This document shows positions 1 to 12,540 of a stretch of DNA of 64,000 nucleotides, piece after piece. Position 1 is the first letter of the stretch, and each line of letters begins with the position of its first letter. The stretch is from Enoplolaimus lenunculus (Eukaryota): contig JASANG010003130.1 in the NCBI GenBank assembly GCA_030248215.1, positions 1 through 64,000 on the forward strand. Direction: 5' to 3'. The translations under genes and the position numbers were made by a program. The notes under the pieces are model-generated. The model was not told where the DNA came from. It saw only the letters and a program-made list of their open reading frames with translations, and searched no databases.

Positions 1-1086
1 ACTGTGCGCTGACGGCAACTGTACTATACTATGTGCATTGCATACAGGACAAGCATGTATCACATGCTTACAACTGAGTACAAAAACTTAGAATGCTTAA
101 GGTTTTGTAAACCAAATTCGAAAAATATGACGTCCAAATAATCTTGGATAAGCGTGAAGATAAAAATTAATTTACACTTCAGTCAGCGCAATTATAAACT
201 TTCACGTTGCAAGCAGTAAAGCTCAGGCATGTATGTCTATCTAGACAAAGCATAACTAGACATACCCAAGTAATTTCGTGTCACTTAGTTTTTAGAAACG
301 AAGCACGCTTTACCACAGTCTAACATTACAAATGATTTACAAAAGTTTTGCTATGTGGAGCACTAGCTAAGTAAATTCGAGTATACAAATGAGTGAATTA
401 TGCATATTCTTCGTCCACATATTGATCAACAGATGACACACATTTGTATGCTTTTTCATAAACGGTTTAGTATAGCACCAAAGTTACTAAAATATTCGTT
501 GTTTAATTTGTCGGGTTCAACCATTCTGTTACCGGTATCGAACTGCGTGCGATGAGCTTGTTTTCGTTACGCGAGTACATCCGAACTGTTTACCAAGTAA
601 ACTTAGTTTTGAAAGAAACTCTAAAATATAACAGTTTTAATGCCAGTAGCGGAGTTGAAAATGTTATATATTGAATTGAAATAAGGTAAATTAAGTAAAA
701 GATCAAGAAACATTGCTGAACGTTGGTAACAACATAGCTAGTGGCCACATCATTAACAACATCATTTGATCGCAGCGAATCAATAGTATAGTTGCGAAAA
801 TTAGTTGTTTTTTGTTTAAATTACAGTATTATCATACTTGTTCATTTGAAAACTGATATGAACAGTACAAAAAGCACCAAACTTTGTCACTTTGGTGAAT
901 TTAGAATAAGGTAACTGTTATGATACATATTTAAGCATAAAAAGAAAACTTTCATTACCGGGCGTTTAATTTTCAAGAGGTTTGGACCCGGTTTATTTCA
1001 GCATCAGAAGTGCAGGCCGCTTTTCTTGCTTCGGGTTAACTGTACAAATTTAGCAACTGGTTTACATAACCACCTCTCATTAGACC

Positions 1087-4000
1087 ATGAATATCTTTCG
1101 ATTATGTGGCGATTTATCGCATATCATAGCGATTGTTATTCTGTTGATGAAAATATGGAAAACGCGATCTTGTGCAGGTAAGTTATTTAGAGACTTGTTT
1201 CCTTTTATAAATGTGTATGAACAACAAGTTTATTGCTGGAGTGCAATGTAGTTCGGTTGGGCAAGGCTACTTTAAAATAGCGTTACCGAAGCATTCCAGT
1301 TGACCGCTGAACATATACACATGACTTTCATAGCATACTGTATCGTTGAAGTAAGTGATGTCTGATGATTAAAATTTCGCTGTGAATCTGTGAATTTTCA
1401 TAATTAGGCAATAATTATTATCAGATATTCTTAAAAACACAAAAGCTATGAAAAGCACAAAAAACTTGGAAAAACCATTAGAAACGCTCAAAATTTTTAA
1501 GCTTACTTTTTTCTGTTTATTTCAGGAGTATCTGGTCGGTCTCAAGTTCTGTTTGCATTAGTGTTTTCTACCCGATATTTGGATTTATTTACAAACTTTG
1601 TTTCAGTGTACAACAGTGTTATGAAGGTAAATTTAAGAAGCTTATATATACATACACAGTTAGGGATGTACGAATGGTTCCAAGTTTCAGACATGTTCGA
1701 CATGGATTCACACGTTTCAGTGCACAGACGAGACTCCCACCACTGAAAGTAGGGTTCTAATCTTAGCTTGAAAATTCATTACAGATGAAATTAAAATAGT
1801 CATGTGAGAAAGGGTTGATAGTTATAAATTGCACTGCAACTGAAAATTTAGTCAAAAAGTGTGTTTGACGCGCTAAAAGCTTTAACTGACCAGCAGGGTG
1901 CAAAGCCGAAATGTATTATACCGGAATCGGAACAGCAAATTTATGCCGGAATTGTAATCGGAATCGGAACTGAAATTTTGTGACTGTAGGGATAATTTGT
2001 ATTGACAAATATAATGTTGATTTATGGTGTTTGTTGGCATTCAACAATTTTCAAAAAGGTCGCGTGAACAAATTGTCGATGATTTTCGATTGTGTAAAGC
2101 TAAACTACAATCAATTATTGATAAGTTAAGTCATTCAAAACCATTTAATAGATAAATAAAGATTTGATTGTGCAATCGGAATTGGAACTCGTTTTGAATC
2201 GGAATACTAATCAGAATCGGAATTCCGGTTGCACCCAGATGAACAGGGGGCGAAATTTCAATTCGGAATCTAACCGGGACAAATCTGGTTTGAGAGTTTC
2301 ACCGTCGGGATATCCTCCCTCCCAGTAGCGAGCCCCTAGAGCGAGAATCAACGACATTTTTTGTATGAATTTCGGTACAAATTCTTAATTTGGAATACGG
2401 TCACATTTGAGCCGACCTCGCAGTTTGTCTATGAAAGTTCGGAGTCGGTCCTGGACCAAGATATTTACGAAGTTAAAACCTGCACTTGGACCCAGGTTTT
2501 TTCGAGAAAATAGCCGGACCCGCATCTCTTCTAAGATCCGCACTTAATTTTTGAGGATTCGGTCACGGACATCTGCGACATCTCTATGCACAACAAATAT
2601 CTTATGTACGGCTTTAAGCAAATGTGGACCACGCTATGTTATGCTGTCATGTTGTCAGGATTTCTGAAAGTGGGCAATAACACCTAACCATTCGCCCCGG
2701 GATGTATATATAAATATTGACAGTCGTCAGCCGCTTCTAACATTTTACTTGAGGAATTTTTAAAAACGCGGGATGAATTTGAATCAATATGCAAGAGCAA
2801 GACCCTTACTTTTTGTGACCATTGTCTTTGTTAATATTGCCAATGTTTTTTATATGACGTGGTCTTAAGTTTGGTTCTGTATATGTTCAATTTTGATGGT
2901 ACATCTTTCCCATGGCTACACTTGTGACGTAATTCGCTATATTAGCAGATAATTGTAATTCTTAATATGATATCGACAACAAGTTTGTTCACATACTACG
3001 TATTATTCGGTCTTGAAATATCCGGTTCCGACAACTACGTATTTTTGTCATGACATACTCTAGATGGCCTGCATTGCATTGTTATAGTGTTATTTGCTAA
3101 GGGTCGACGTGGTTTGTTTTATGACTTACAGACTTGAGGTATATATTTTCTACCTTTTTAGATTGTTTTCATTGCAACTAGCTATGGAACGTCGTTTTTG
3201 ATGTTTCACAAATTCAAGGCGACGTATGATCGCAATCATGATACATTTCGTATTGAATTTCTGATTATACCGTGTGCTGCCCTAGCATTTATACTCAATA
3301 ATGAGTTTACACCGCTCGAGGTATGTTCTCTATCTGGTTGCACAACAACTGTTCCTCACTATTAGCTATGATGCATTTGATATTTACTACTTATAAAGTC
3401 CTAATTCTAGCTTAACCAATTAAGGTAATATGCAAATTAGCTATTAGCTAACTATTTAATTATCGGTCTTCAAGGTTTCCGAACAATTTCTTCCGATTGA
3501 TCGTAGCCAAAAACCTTTCAGTAACCCTAATAATCTGAAATATTTTAAAAGTCTTAATTTAGGCTTATCAGTTAAGCCTGGCTTCTCAGTTAAGCCTGGC
3601 TTCTCCACAGCAGGGGGGCGGGGGGCCCCAGCACTTTTCGAAATTTTCATTTTCCTCCCGGCGAAAATTTTGCCGGGCCCCGGAAAGGCCCCCCCGGCGA
3701 ATTTTTGGCCGCCCTCCAGCAAAATGCCCCCAAGCAATTTTTTTGCTGGGGGGCCCCAGGACTTTTCTAGGCCAAAAATTTTCAATGTTAAAACGTAAAG
3801 ACCTGACTTCTTTTGAGGCGGACATTCGGCAAAATATGATTTTATATTACGCTGAGTACTCATAATTTTTAATAGCGTTACAAAAACCCGTAGAAACTAA
3901 TACAATTCAATAATGAACTGAAAAAACACAATTATATAAAGACCGTTTCAGGGCATGCAGCATTCGAAAGTACCTTGCAGAACAAGTTCAACCCGCCTGA

Positions 4001-6444
4001 GCCTTATGATAAACTGAAGCTGTGACTAAAGTATACAATATATATTAATCGCAGTTTCAATTATAGATTATCTATATTTTATATAATTGTGCTTCTTCAA
4101 CTTCTGGTTAAGTTGTCAGTAATATCTGTTAAAATTATTGTTATTAGCGTTTGCGGGGAATATTTGTCATGTTGAGCGATAAGTAATCTTCAGTTGAGTT
4201 AGAAACACGGTCTGGAATGAAAAAATGGTCCAAAAAGTCAGTTTACAAAATTTTAAGCCTGAGGACCCCCAAGATCATCGGGGGCCCCCAGGAAAACTAC
4301 CCCCAGCAAAATCAGCTGCCCCCCAGGAAACTCCTGGGGGGCCCCAGGAACCCCGGCGGAAATTTTCAAACTGTGGAGAAGCCAGTAAGCTAATATGCAA
4401 ATTAGCTATTTGCTAACTATATATATTTACTTGCCGGCCTTGAAGGTTTATAGACAATTTATACCGATTGCTCGCACCCAAAAACCCTTCAGTAACCCTA
4501 ATTACCAGTGAAATAATGTAACAAATCGTAATATAGGCTTATTAACCAAGCTAATATGCAAGTTAGCTATTAGCTAACTATTCAATTATCAGTTTTGGAG
4601 GTTTGTAAACTATTTAGATTTCTCGCACCCGAAAACCCCTTAGTACTGAACTTGATTGCTTGTAACTCTAATAATTAGTGAAATACAGTAAATAGACGTA
4701 ATTGCAAATTAGCCTGTAGCTAATAAAAGGGCTTAGTTTTAAAACCCCAGAGCGAGGTTAACACCGATGCAAAAAAAGTTTTCAAACAAAAAAGTGTATT
4801 TAAATCGGTTCCGTGGTTCCTGAGTTATTTTTCGGACGGACGGCCAGACATCGACTAAGGCTAATATGCAAATTAGTTATTACCTAACTATTGATTTATC
4901 GGTTTTGGATTTTTGTAAACAATTTATTCAAATTCCTCGCACTCAAAAATCTTTAGCAACCCTAATAATTAGTGAAATATTGCAGAAAGTCCTAATTTAG
5001 GTTTATAAATTATGCTATTATGCACATTAGCTATTCGCTAACTATTCAATTATTGGTTTTGAATGTTTGTAGACAATTTATCCAGATTCCTCGCACCCAA
5101 AAATCCTTTTTTGCTAAAATTAGTTGCTTGTAACGGTAATATTAGTGAAATGTTGCAAAAAGTCCTAATTTAGGCTTATCAATTATTCTAATATATAAAT
5201 TAGCTGTTAGCTGACTGCTCAGTTATAGGTTTTGAAGATTTGTACACAATTGATTCAGATTCCACGCGCTCAAAAACCCTTTAATACTGAAATTACATTG
5301 TTTGTAACCGTAATAATTAGTTAACCGATTATGTAAATTACCTGTAGCTAATAAACAGCTTAAAATTTTAAAACAGCAACGCAAGGTTAACACCCCAGGA
5401 TGATAGATTTTCAAACAAAAAATGTTTTAGTTCCAGGCATTCCTTTCGGACGGACAGACGGACATCCACCTTTCGACCCCCGAGCACAAAATATAAAACG
5501 CTTCGCGAAACTCCGAGCTTCGCTTAAAAAGAAACAATGTCAGTTAAACACAACATATTTATCTGGATGGAATTTGTTATGGAAACATTTATTTACTTGT
5601 CCAAATGTTATTTATGCTGTTTTTCAGATTTTGTGGACGTTTTCAATTTACTTAGAAGCGGTGGCAATTTTACCGCAGCTGTTCATGATCAGCAAAACCG
5701 CCGAAGCTGAAACAATAACGTCGCATTATTTGTTTGCGATGGGAATGTACCGTGCACTCTACATTCTAAACTGGGTCTATCGCTACTACTTCGAGGCGTA
5801 TTTCGATCCTATTGCCGTTGTATCAGGCATCGTTCAAACCATTCTTTACTGTGACTTCTTCTATCTTTATATTACTAAAGGTACGTATCCTTAACATGTT
5901 TTTGTGTAAAACGGTTTATGCAAAGAATACGTGTGTTTATGCTTTTATAATTTTGTTGACATTTCACCTCCATACATTCATGGATAGGGCACGGTGATAG
6001 AGTGGGGTGCCATGCCAAACATAGCATGTGGTATTGACAATGCCACAGATTACACAAAGTTTTAATGCTCAATTTTGGCGGCTCTATTTTTATGCTCTTT
6101 TAATCACGCTTTAATAACATTTACAGGCATTTTAATAACGTAATATACAATGTTCATACAATGGGGAATCCTCTCAAATTAGGAAAACATTTTCTTGCCA
6201 CACGTGTGTTACCCTGCCTAGTGTCTTGCATATTTCCTGCAATGTTAAGAATTATACACAACTGCTGCAATTTTCATTTCTTAATCAATAATGAACTGTA
6301 TAGTGCAAATACAAAATTATAATTAATTTTTAAGCTATGAACCCTGAAATATATGTGCTAAGCTCATATATTCGATAATGTAGTTAATGCCTGTGATTTA
6401 ATGTTTCAGTATTGAAAGGTCGCAAGATTAAGCTTCCAGCATAA
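1087..6444 (+). CDS. KDELR: ER lumen protein-retaining receptor (KDEL receptor/ERD2), 5 coding exons, 212 aa
   Basis: Exons 1087-1177, 1526-1626, 3162-3320, 5628-5880, 6410-6444 (91+101+159+253+35=639 nt), all GT-AG and phase-consistent. Translation [52 protein letters not shown]...[13 protein letters not shown]...[24 protein letters not shown]...[14 protein letters not shown]...[26 protein letters not shown] is a canonical KDELR sequence. Confidence 0.98.
1730..1815 (+). mobile_element. Right-end fragment of the piggyBac-type MITE in KDELR intron 2
   Basis: ctcccac...agggttctaatcttagc...catgtgagaaaggg. Confidence 0.55.
1895..2238. mobile_element. hAT-type MITE with (CGGAAT) repeats; related copies at ~21610-21990, ~36947-37321, ~11760-12010
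   Basis: CAGGGTGCAA...GGTTGCACCCAG termini; body matches 21615-21990 in reverse. Confidence 0.65.
3417..5526 (-). mobile_element. Same HINE family (compound, interrupted) in KDELR intron 3
   Basis: Same tandem units (taatatgcaaattagctattagctaacta...), two ggacggac blocks (~4834, ~5448) and 5' end cgcttcgcgaaactccgagcttcgct. Interrupted by the MITE at 3596-4385. Confidence 0.75.
3596..4385. mobile_element. 790-bp MITE with 15-bp TIR and 5-bp TSD, nested in HINE
   Basis: TIR CTGGCTTCTCCACAG/CTGTGGAGAAGCCAG. TAAGC duplicated at 3591-3595 and 4386-4390. GC-rich subterminal GGGGGCCCCC motifs at both ends. Confidence 0.8.
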
Positions 6445-6514
6445 TGCTATGTTCTCATGATGCAAGACAACAATTTGAAATTCGAAGAGTTACTATTTTG
6501 TAGAATGTATGCAG

Positions 6515-6832
6515 TAGGGTTCAACCGGATATCCGGCTCTGACAAAAATTCAGCATCCGGCTATGGTATTCTACATTGCCGGTTTTATTGCTGAAATTAT
6601 AGCATGTTGGTATAGTATACTATTATTTTGACCAAAATCACAATATTACGCTTTGAAAATTGTTCGAAATGACAGTGTTTCAAGAAGACCAGTTAATAAG
6701 ACTCATGTAGGAACAAAATTCTTTATGGCAAGTGGTACTAAATTAGCGTGATTAAGTTTAAAACTCTGCTGTAATATTAACTTGAATATCCAGCTTTGGC
6801 GCCCCTATTTTTTGATATCCAGTTGAACCCTG
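6515..6832. mobile_element. hAT-type MITE 70 bp downstream of the KDELR stop
   Basis: TIR TAGGGTTCAACCGG/CCAGTTGAACCCTG; perfect 8-bp TSD GTATGCAG (6507-6514, 6833-6840). Confidence 0.85.
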
Positions 6833-8151
6833 GTATGCAGTGTTTTTGGCATATGTTGACTTTTGTATCTAATTTTTCATCTGAACAGTCTCAACGTTTT
6901 CATTTACGTTTGAAGATAAATTTTTTGTAAGTAAATCAAAAGGCCAATGGTTACTAAGTAGGGTGTTAGTTTAGATTAAAACACTTGTGGCCTATATCAG
7001 TATCTGAACTGAGCGAGAGGAACAATGTAAATGATATTTTTTTGCTCGCCAGTTGATAAATATCTACTTCTGCCCTAAAACATTAGCTGTCTTGTAAGGT
7101 GCTTGCGGTTTTTAAACGTATAAAAGTTTTCTGTTCATCATGATTTCTAATATCGATAATATTGGCCATTGTTACGGAACATTTTAAAAATGCCATGTTT
7201 GTGTGCTTTGCGTTCTATTTCATATGAACTATTCATGGGAACAATTATAACGAACCTCGACGCACGATGACGACATTCAATTCGTAAGAAAGTATAGCGC
7301 TACCATAATCCTTGGACATTTACTATGCAATACCGAGGGTTAATTCTCAATCGGCCCGCAGTAATTAGTAAAGCTCCTTTGGTATTTGCGAAAAAATGCG
7401 CAAAAGTTTAAATAAAAAAAGAGTGTTTTGGCCTGTATAATCTAGCAGGTCATTTAAAAACTTGTACAAGTGCTTTCTTACTCGTTTTTTCTGAAATTTC
7501 ATAAGCGCATGTGTCCCCTATACCTTCAAAAAATTAATTTATATCAAATTTGACTGTCGGCTGAACGAGATAAGGGCCGAGCGAGGGTACGCGAATGCCG
7601 ATGTTAGACGTTATTGTTGACTGCATGGATCGTAAAGGCTATTTGTTGGTACGCTTGACCACGTTATCGAACCTGGATTTTGTCGTTTATTGTTTGACGA
7701 ATATGTTTGTGTTTTCATCTAGTTTTTTTGTTTTGGTGCCAAGTAAGACTTGTGCAGCACTTTGTATTATTAACTTTTCTCACATGTATATTTTCTGTTT
7801 CGTCTAAGGCCTACTTTTATGCCAGCATTAGATCATCAGAGACTTGACTATGAGGTGTTTACTATCGCCACTTATCCAGGTTCTTGACGCTCGAGTCTGA
7901 GGGGCTATCACGTCGTATGTAGATATTATATTGAGTTTGCGTGCAGTAAGTCATATACACAGTGTACTGTGCATTATTTCACTTCTCTATGCCTACATTG
8001 CGTTGCGTTGGCCAGAGTCAACTCTATTTGAGAAGGAGAGCTACTTTTGTACTAGAATTTGAACGAAGTGGGAGGCGTTTTTGCCATTATCATTCAGCTG
8101 TAGCAGGTTGACGCTAGATTTTATGCTGCGTTTACGCTTACTAATAGTTTA

Positions 8152-8510
8152 TGAGCGTAACGAAACTGCGAGTGAAGCTCTGAGTTTCGCAAAGCGTTTT
8201 ATGGTTTGTACTCGGTGGACGAAAGATGGATGTCCGTCCGACAAAATCTCAGGAACTGCTGAACTGATTTTGATAATCTTTTCATTGGTGTTTCAAAATT
8301 CTTAGTCGCTGCTTACGTACAGACTAATTTGAATAATTGGTTAAACCTGAATTAGGACTATTTACATTGTTTCACTGTTTACTAGGGTTACAAGCAATTT
8401 GATTTAAGTATTAACGGATTTTTAGATGCGTAGATTGCTTGTAAACCGTAAAAACAGATAAATGATTAGATAGCTACTAAGTTACTGGCATATTACGTTA
8501 ATAGGTTAAG
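8152..8510 (+). mobile_element. Degenerate 5' fragment of the HINE family
   Basis: tgagcgtaacgaaactgcgagtgaagctctgagtttcgcaaagcgttttatg... matches 52230 onward. Confidence 0.7.
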
Positions 8511-10188
8511 TCTAGATTTCGTTGCAAGCGGCTGGTGATCATTAAACGTTTCTGGCAATATTTCACATTTGTGCGTTCAATGAAGTCTTTTGCTAATAAT
8601 ACTGAAATTCACCTTGTTGCGACAAAAGGAACACAGAAATTTACTTTATATCAATGAGGTATTGTGGGTCTACAATCTTAATTTGAGAGTATTTACTTAA
8701 TTTAAGTACTTAGGCTTTTAGAAACTAAACATTAGTAAGTGTTTGGTTAGCATATGCTTAAGTGGAAAGTTATACTTAAGTTAGCTTTTCAGAAGCCCAA
8801 CTAGTAACGTCGAAAGCTGTGCGTTATTTGCGATGGAGTTTCTTTACATAAGTCACATTTATTCTATATTATACATATAACTTGTTTCGTTATTTTTCGT
8901 GCAATTTTGACAGTGATATTGTTGTACTTAACAATGGGTTTTCGTTATACACGAGTGTGCATGATTTGTTTACAATTTTTGGATCAAACTATAAGTGGTA
9001 TTAGTTTATTTTTAATTGGTTTCAGCCACTTTGCAGTTGTCCGTTAATTTGATTTACCATATTTCATAAGAGAAGCAGGAAAGTAAATTTAAAATATAAT
9101 TCCGCTTCCGGAAACTGATCAGGTAAAATTATGTTGCGTAACAAACTATATGTAGCCGTTCAGTATATGTTAAGTTTCAATTTTTATGATGCTTGTATAA
9201 TATTTATGTAATATTGGTGTTATATGCATATTGTAATACAATCGTTTACTATTCAAAATGAACATATATATTGTGTTGTGGACCCATATTGCTTTCAGGG
9301 GTGTCATTTCTTCGCAAGACAGCAATAAAGTACGGTTAGAGTTGAATAAATCGATTACATATGACGTTCATCGAAGCTATAAATTGTTGTGATACTTTTA
9401 AACGGCTACTTATTTTCATGTGCGACATAGAACGCTTTCCAGATTGTAAATTATATGGTCCATGTAAAGATCAGGGCGGAATGTTTTTCTGTGCAACGGA
9501 CGCTTGGCCAACGTCAGCCTACAAGTCTGATTTTGTCAGTTTGGAAAACTGAAGGCACGCATCTGGATACGGACCACACTAATCACAATTCCTCGGCACC
9601 ACCTAACTGACATCCGTACGTGTTATATTTGTGTACGGATAGTTTTATGCATGTTTATAGACTTTAAAGCTTGTTACAGTTTAAATTCCGAGCACAATTT
9701 TATTGATTGCACACTGTAAATTCAGTGTCAGTGTATTGGTTAATGTACTGTTTTTGCTGATTATATATATTGCTAATAAATACAACCGAACTACGCTTGT
9801 ATGGTTGAGCAGTTAGAATCTTATCATCGTTCTAGCTAACGTGTATAGTAATGTATGCATCAACATTACTAAACGAGTCGACAATATAACGAAATGGTTT
9901 TTTGTTAAAAGCCGTCCAATTTTGAAATATTGTTTGCTGCTGATCACAGTGTAATATCAAAATTTTTTCCCATTCCGTTATTTTTATGCACAATTATTCG
10001 TAAATCATGTATGGATAGCACCATTTTTCAATGCACATTTTTTATGCTGCAATTCGATTTGACATAAAAATGAAATGCAGTAGTCTTAAAGTGAATTTCT
10101 GTATACCTCAAACAATTGGAGTGCAATTACATATAAACTTAATTTTACATAATCATACATGATTCAGTTCTACGCAATATTTCACTAA

Positions 10189-10568
10189 CCCTTTCACTCA
10201 TAGAGTATACTATGAAATCTCACCTTTAAATTGCATTTCATGTGAAATTGCAAATATTCATGTGAGAAAGGGTTAATGGAAAATTTCCCACTGAGTATCT
10301 ATAACCCTTTCACTCATAGAGTATACTATGAGCAACTAAATACAATAATGTACGAGCAATACGCCACACTGTGAACAGTATTTAACATTTATAACATATA
10401 TACGCAGTGTAAAATCTCCGTAAGACGTGGGACCCCCTCGGGTTCGAGCGTCAAGCTCCTATAGCTCAGTGATCACCGTAAACGCCTCCCACCCGTGAGA
10501 CTGGGGTTCGAAACTCGACTTGAAATTACATCTCACGTGAAATTGCAAATATTCATGTGAAGAAAGGA
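10189..10568 (+). mobile_element. Tandem pair of piggyBac-type MITEs (short 10189-10272; long 10305-10568 with tRNA-like module)
   Basis: CCCTTTCACTCAT...ATGTGAGAAAGGG-TTAA termini; tRNA-Gly(CCC)-like stretch at 10454-10527. Confidence 0.7.
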
Positions 10569-11281
10569 TTAAAATTGAAGTCATCAGTGCTTTCAACGGA
10601 ACGTGAATATCTCGATATTGGTAGGGCCAATTTTACTTTTAGGGCCGCAACTATAGGCTAATCATATACCTAAGCGTATGCCTCACGTATGCAAAGCGTA
10701 AACCTAAGTGAAAACGGGACGGCCCTAAAAGTTACGTTCGTCCTAGCCAGTATAAAGAACGGCCGTTTTCTCTAGTAGTGCAAGAGCATACACGATCATT
10801 TTTGATGCGACAACCGATCATTGTGGAGTAGAGGTGCGCGTGGTTGGTTGCAGTGTACGACTGGAAAAATAAGAATTTTGTATATCACACACGTATAACG
10901 TTTATGAGTGGTTTACAAACCCAAAGTATCCTTCGTGTTCCAGCTTTATTATATAGGCATGCAGGAAAGAGTTAACACTGACTTCACTTCGATACTCTGA
11001 GCCGAAAGCGCTGTAATTTCTTCATTGCTTTACTGTTTCCAATAATAATAGTTTGCACTTTTCACCATCTAGATTATACCGTGCGCGCCAATATCAACAA
11101 ATGTCTCACCATTAATGCGTAGCTAATTTAGGAACACTCTCTAAAACTTATGTCCAAAATTGAGCTACCTAGATAAATGACCTGCAAAAAAGCGACCCGA
11201 GCAAAAATAGCGTTTAAAAAATTCAATCTTTTGGAATACAATGCAAATTGTACGGACAATGTTTAGAAACTGCGCACTAAA

Positions 11282-11525
11282 AATTTATCGGGAAATTCAA
11301 ATTCTGGCGGAAAATTCAAACATTGACAGAGAATTTTTCGGGAAATTCAAGTTTTTAAAAAATTCAAATGTTTTCAGGAAAACTTAAATCTTGGCGTGAA
11401 ATTCAAATTTTGGCGGGAATATGGAATTTTCGGCGTGAAACGCAAATTTTGGCGGGAAATTCATCTTTTGGACGGAATTTCTTATTTTGCGAAAAAAATC
11501 AAATTTTGACGTGAAAATTCAAAAA
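11282..11525. repeat. Degenerate ~20-bp minisatellite
   Basis: (AAATTCAAATTTTGGCGGG)-like units. Confidence 0.8.
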
Positions 11526-12076
11526 ACACCCTGTTATTTATAGCACGTCCTCAGAATATCGTGCAAAGAACAACAATTAGATAACAGTGTGCAAATACTG
11601 ATTTTTAGTGTAAGAAATAGTATAAATTTTTGTTGCATACTTTCTATTAATAATAACGTGGAAATTTTTGACAGCGGTAAGCACAGTATTACGTTGATGG
11701 TGCACTAATGGAAATGGCTTGGCCGAGATACACTATGCTTACCAGGTTGTATCTGGAACTGGAACAGCCGAAGCCGGAGCACTGTAAAATTAAGCGAAAC
11801 CGGAACTGGAGGTTTGTTTCAAAAACGAAATAGTTAACACGATAAAATTTTCTAATTTTAACAAACACGCTGAACAGCACAACATCAATAAAAATACGAA
11901 AATTTTCACTCCCAAAATGTTGGCATCTTCGGTGTAATAATTCTCATCAGGAGCCGGAATTGTTGGTTAATTTCTGCCAGAGACGTAGGAGAACCTATAG
12001 TTGCACCCTGCTCCTATTGTATACAGCAGTTTTGCATACCTGATGACAGCAATGCCTATTAAATGCAAATGTTTTG

Positions 12077-12263
12077 GGCCCATGTTACTTTAAGGGGCGC
12101 CCAGGTTTCTGGTGGGTCTCTAAAAGAGTAGGTTTAGATTCTAGATTACATTTTTGCTTAAGCTTAGGCTTAGGAACTCATTTTTGCAACGCTTGGGCTT
12201 AGGCTTAGGCTTAGGAATACCTACGCTCAATCCACTGTTGCGCCCCTTAAAGTAACATTGGCC
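12077..12263. mobile_element. MITE with GGCCCATGTTACTTT TIR and internal (TTAGGC)n; relatives 26742-26935, ~48750-49928
   Basis: GGCCCATGTTACTTTAAGGGGCGC...GCGCCCCTTAAAGTAACATTGGCC. Confidence 0.7.
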
Positions 12264-12540
12264 ATATTTTGTATGTTGGAAACAGAACGCAATCAATTTT
12301 GTAACGATTTCGTATATAATTCAGGTTGATAAAAAATCTTTGGATATAAATAGTTGCTCGATTGACAACCGACGCAACGGAGCTGGGGTGTTGTCAATTA
12401 CCTCAACGAGCGTGGTTTGATTTAAAATGGTCCGATTTTTGAAAATCTTTGCATATTTGAGCTCTTCGACTTCCTCAGTTATTCAGTTACGCAAAACGAT
12501 TTCCGTTCTGTTTCCCACAAATATTTTTACCGCTCCATAT

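Noticed and set aside
991..1001. Possible SL trans-splice acceptor upstream of KDELR
   Set aside because: An upstream cis donor (aag|gtaact at 911) explains it as an ordinary 5' UTR intron; cannot be resolved from sequence.
10454..10527. Functional tRNA-Gly gene
   Set aside because: Acceptor and anticodon stems do not pair well, and it is embedded in a MITE.
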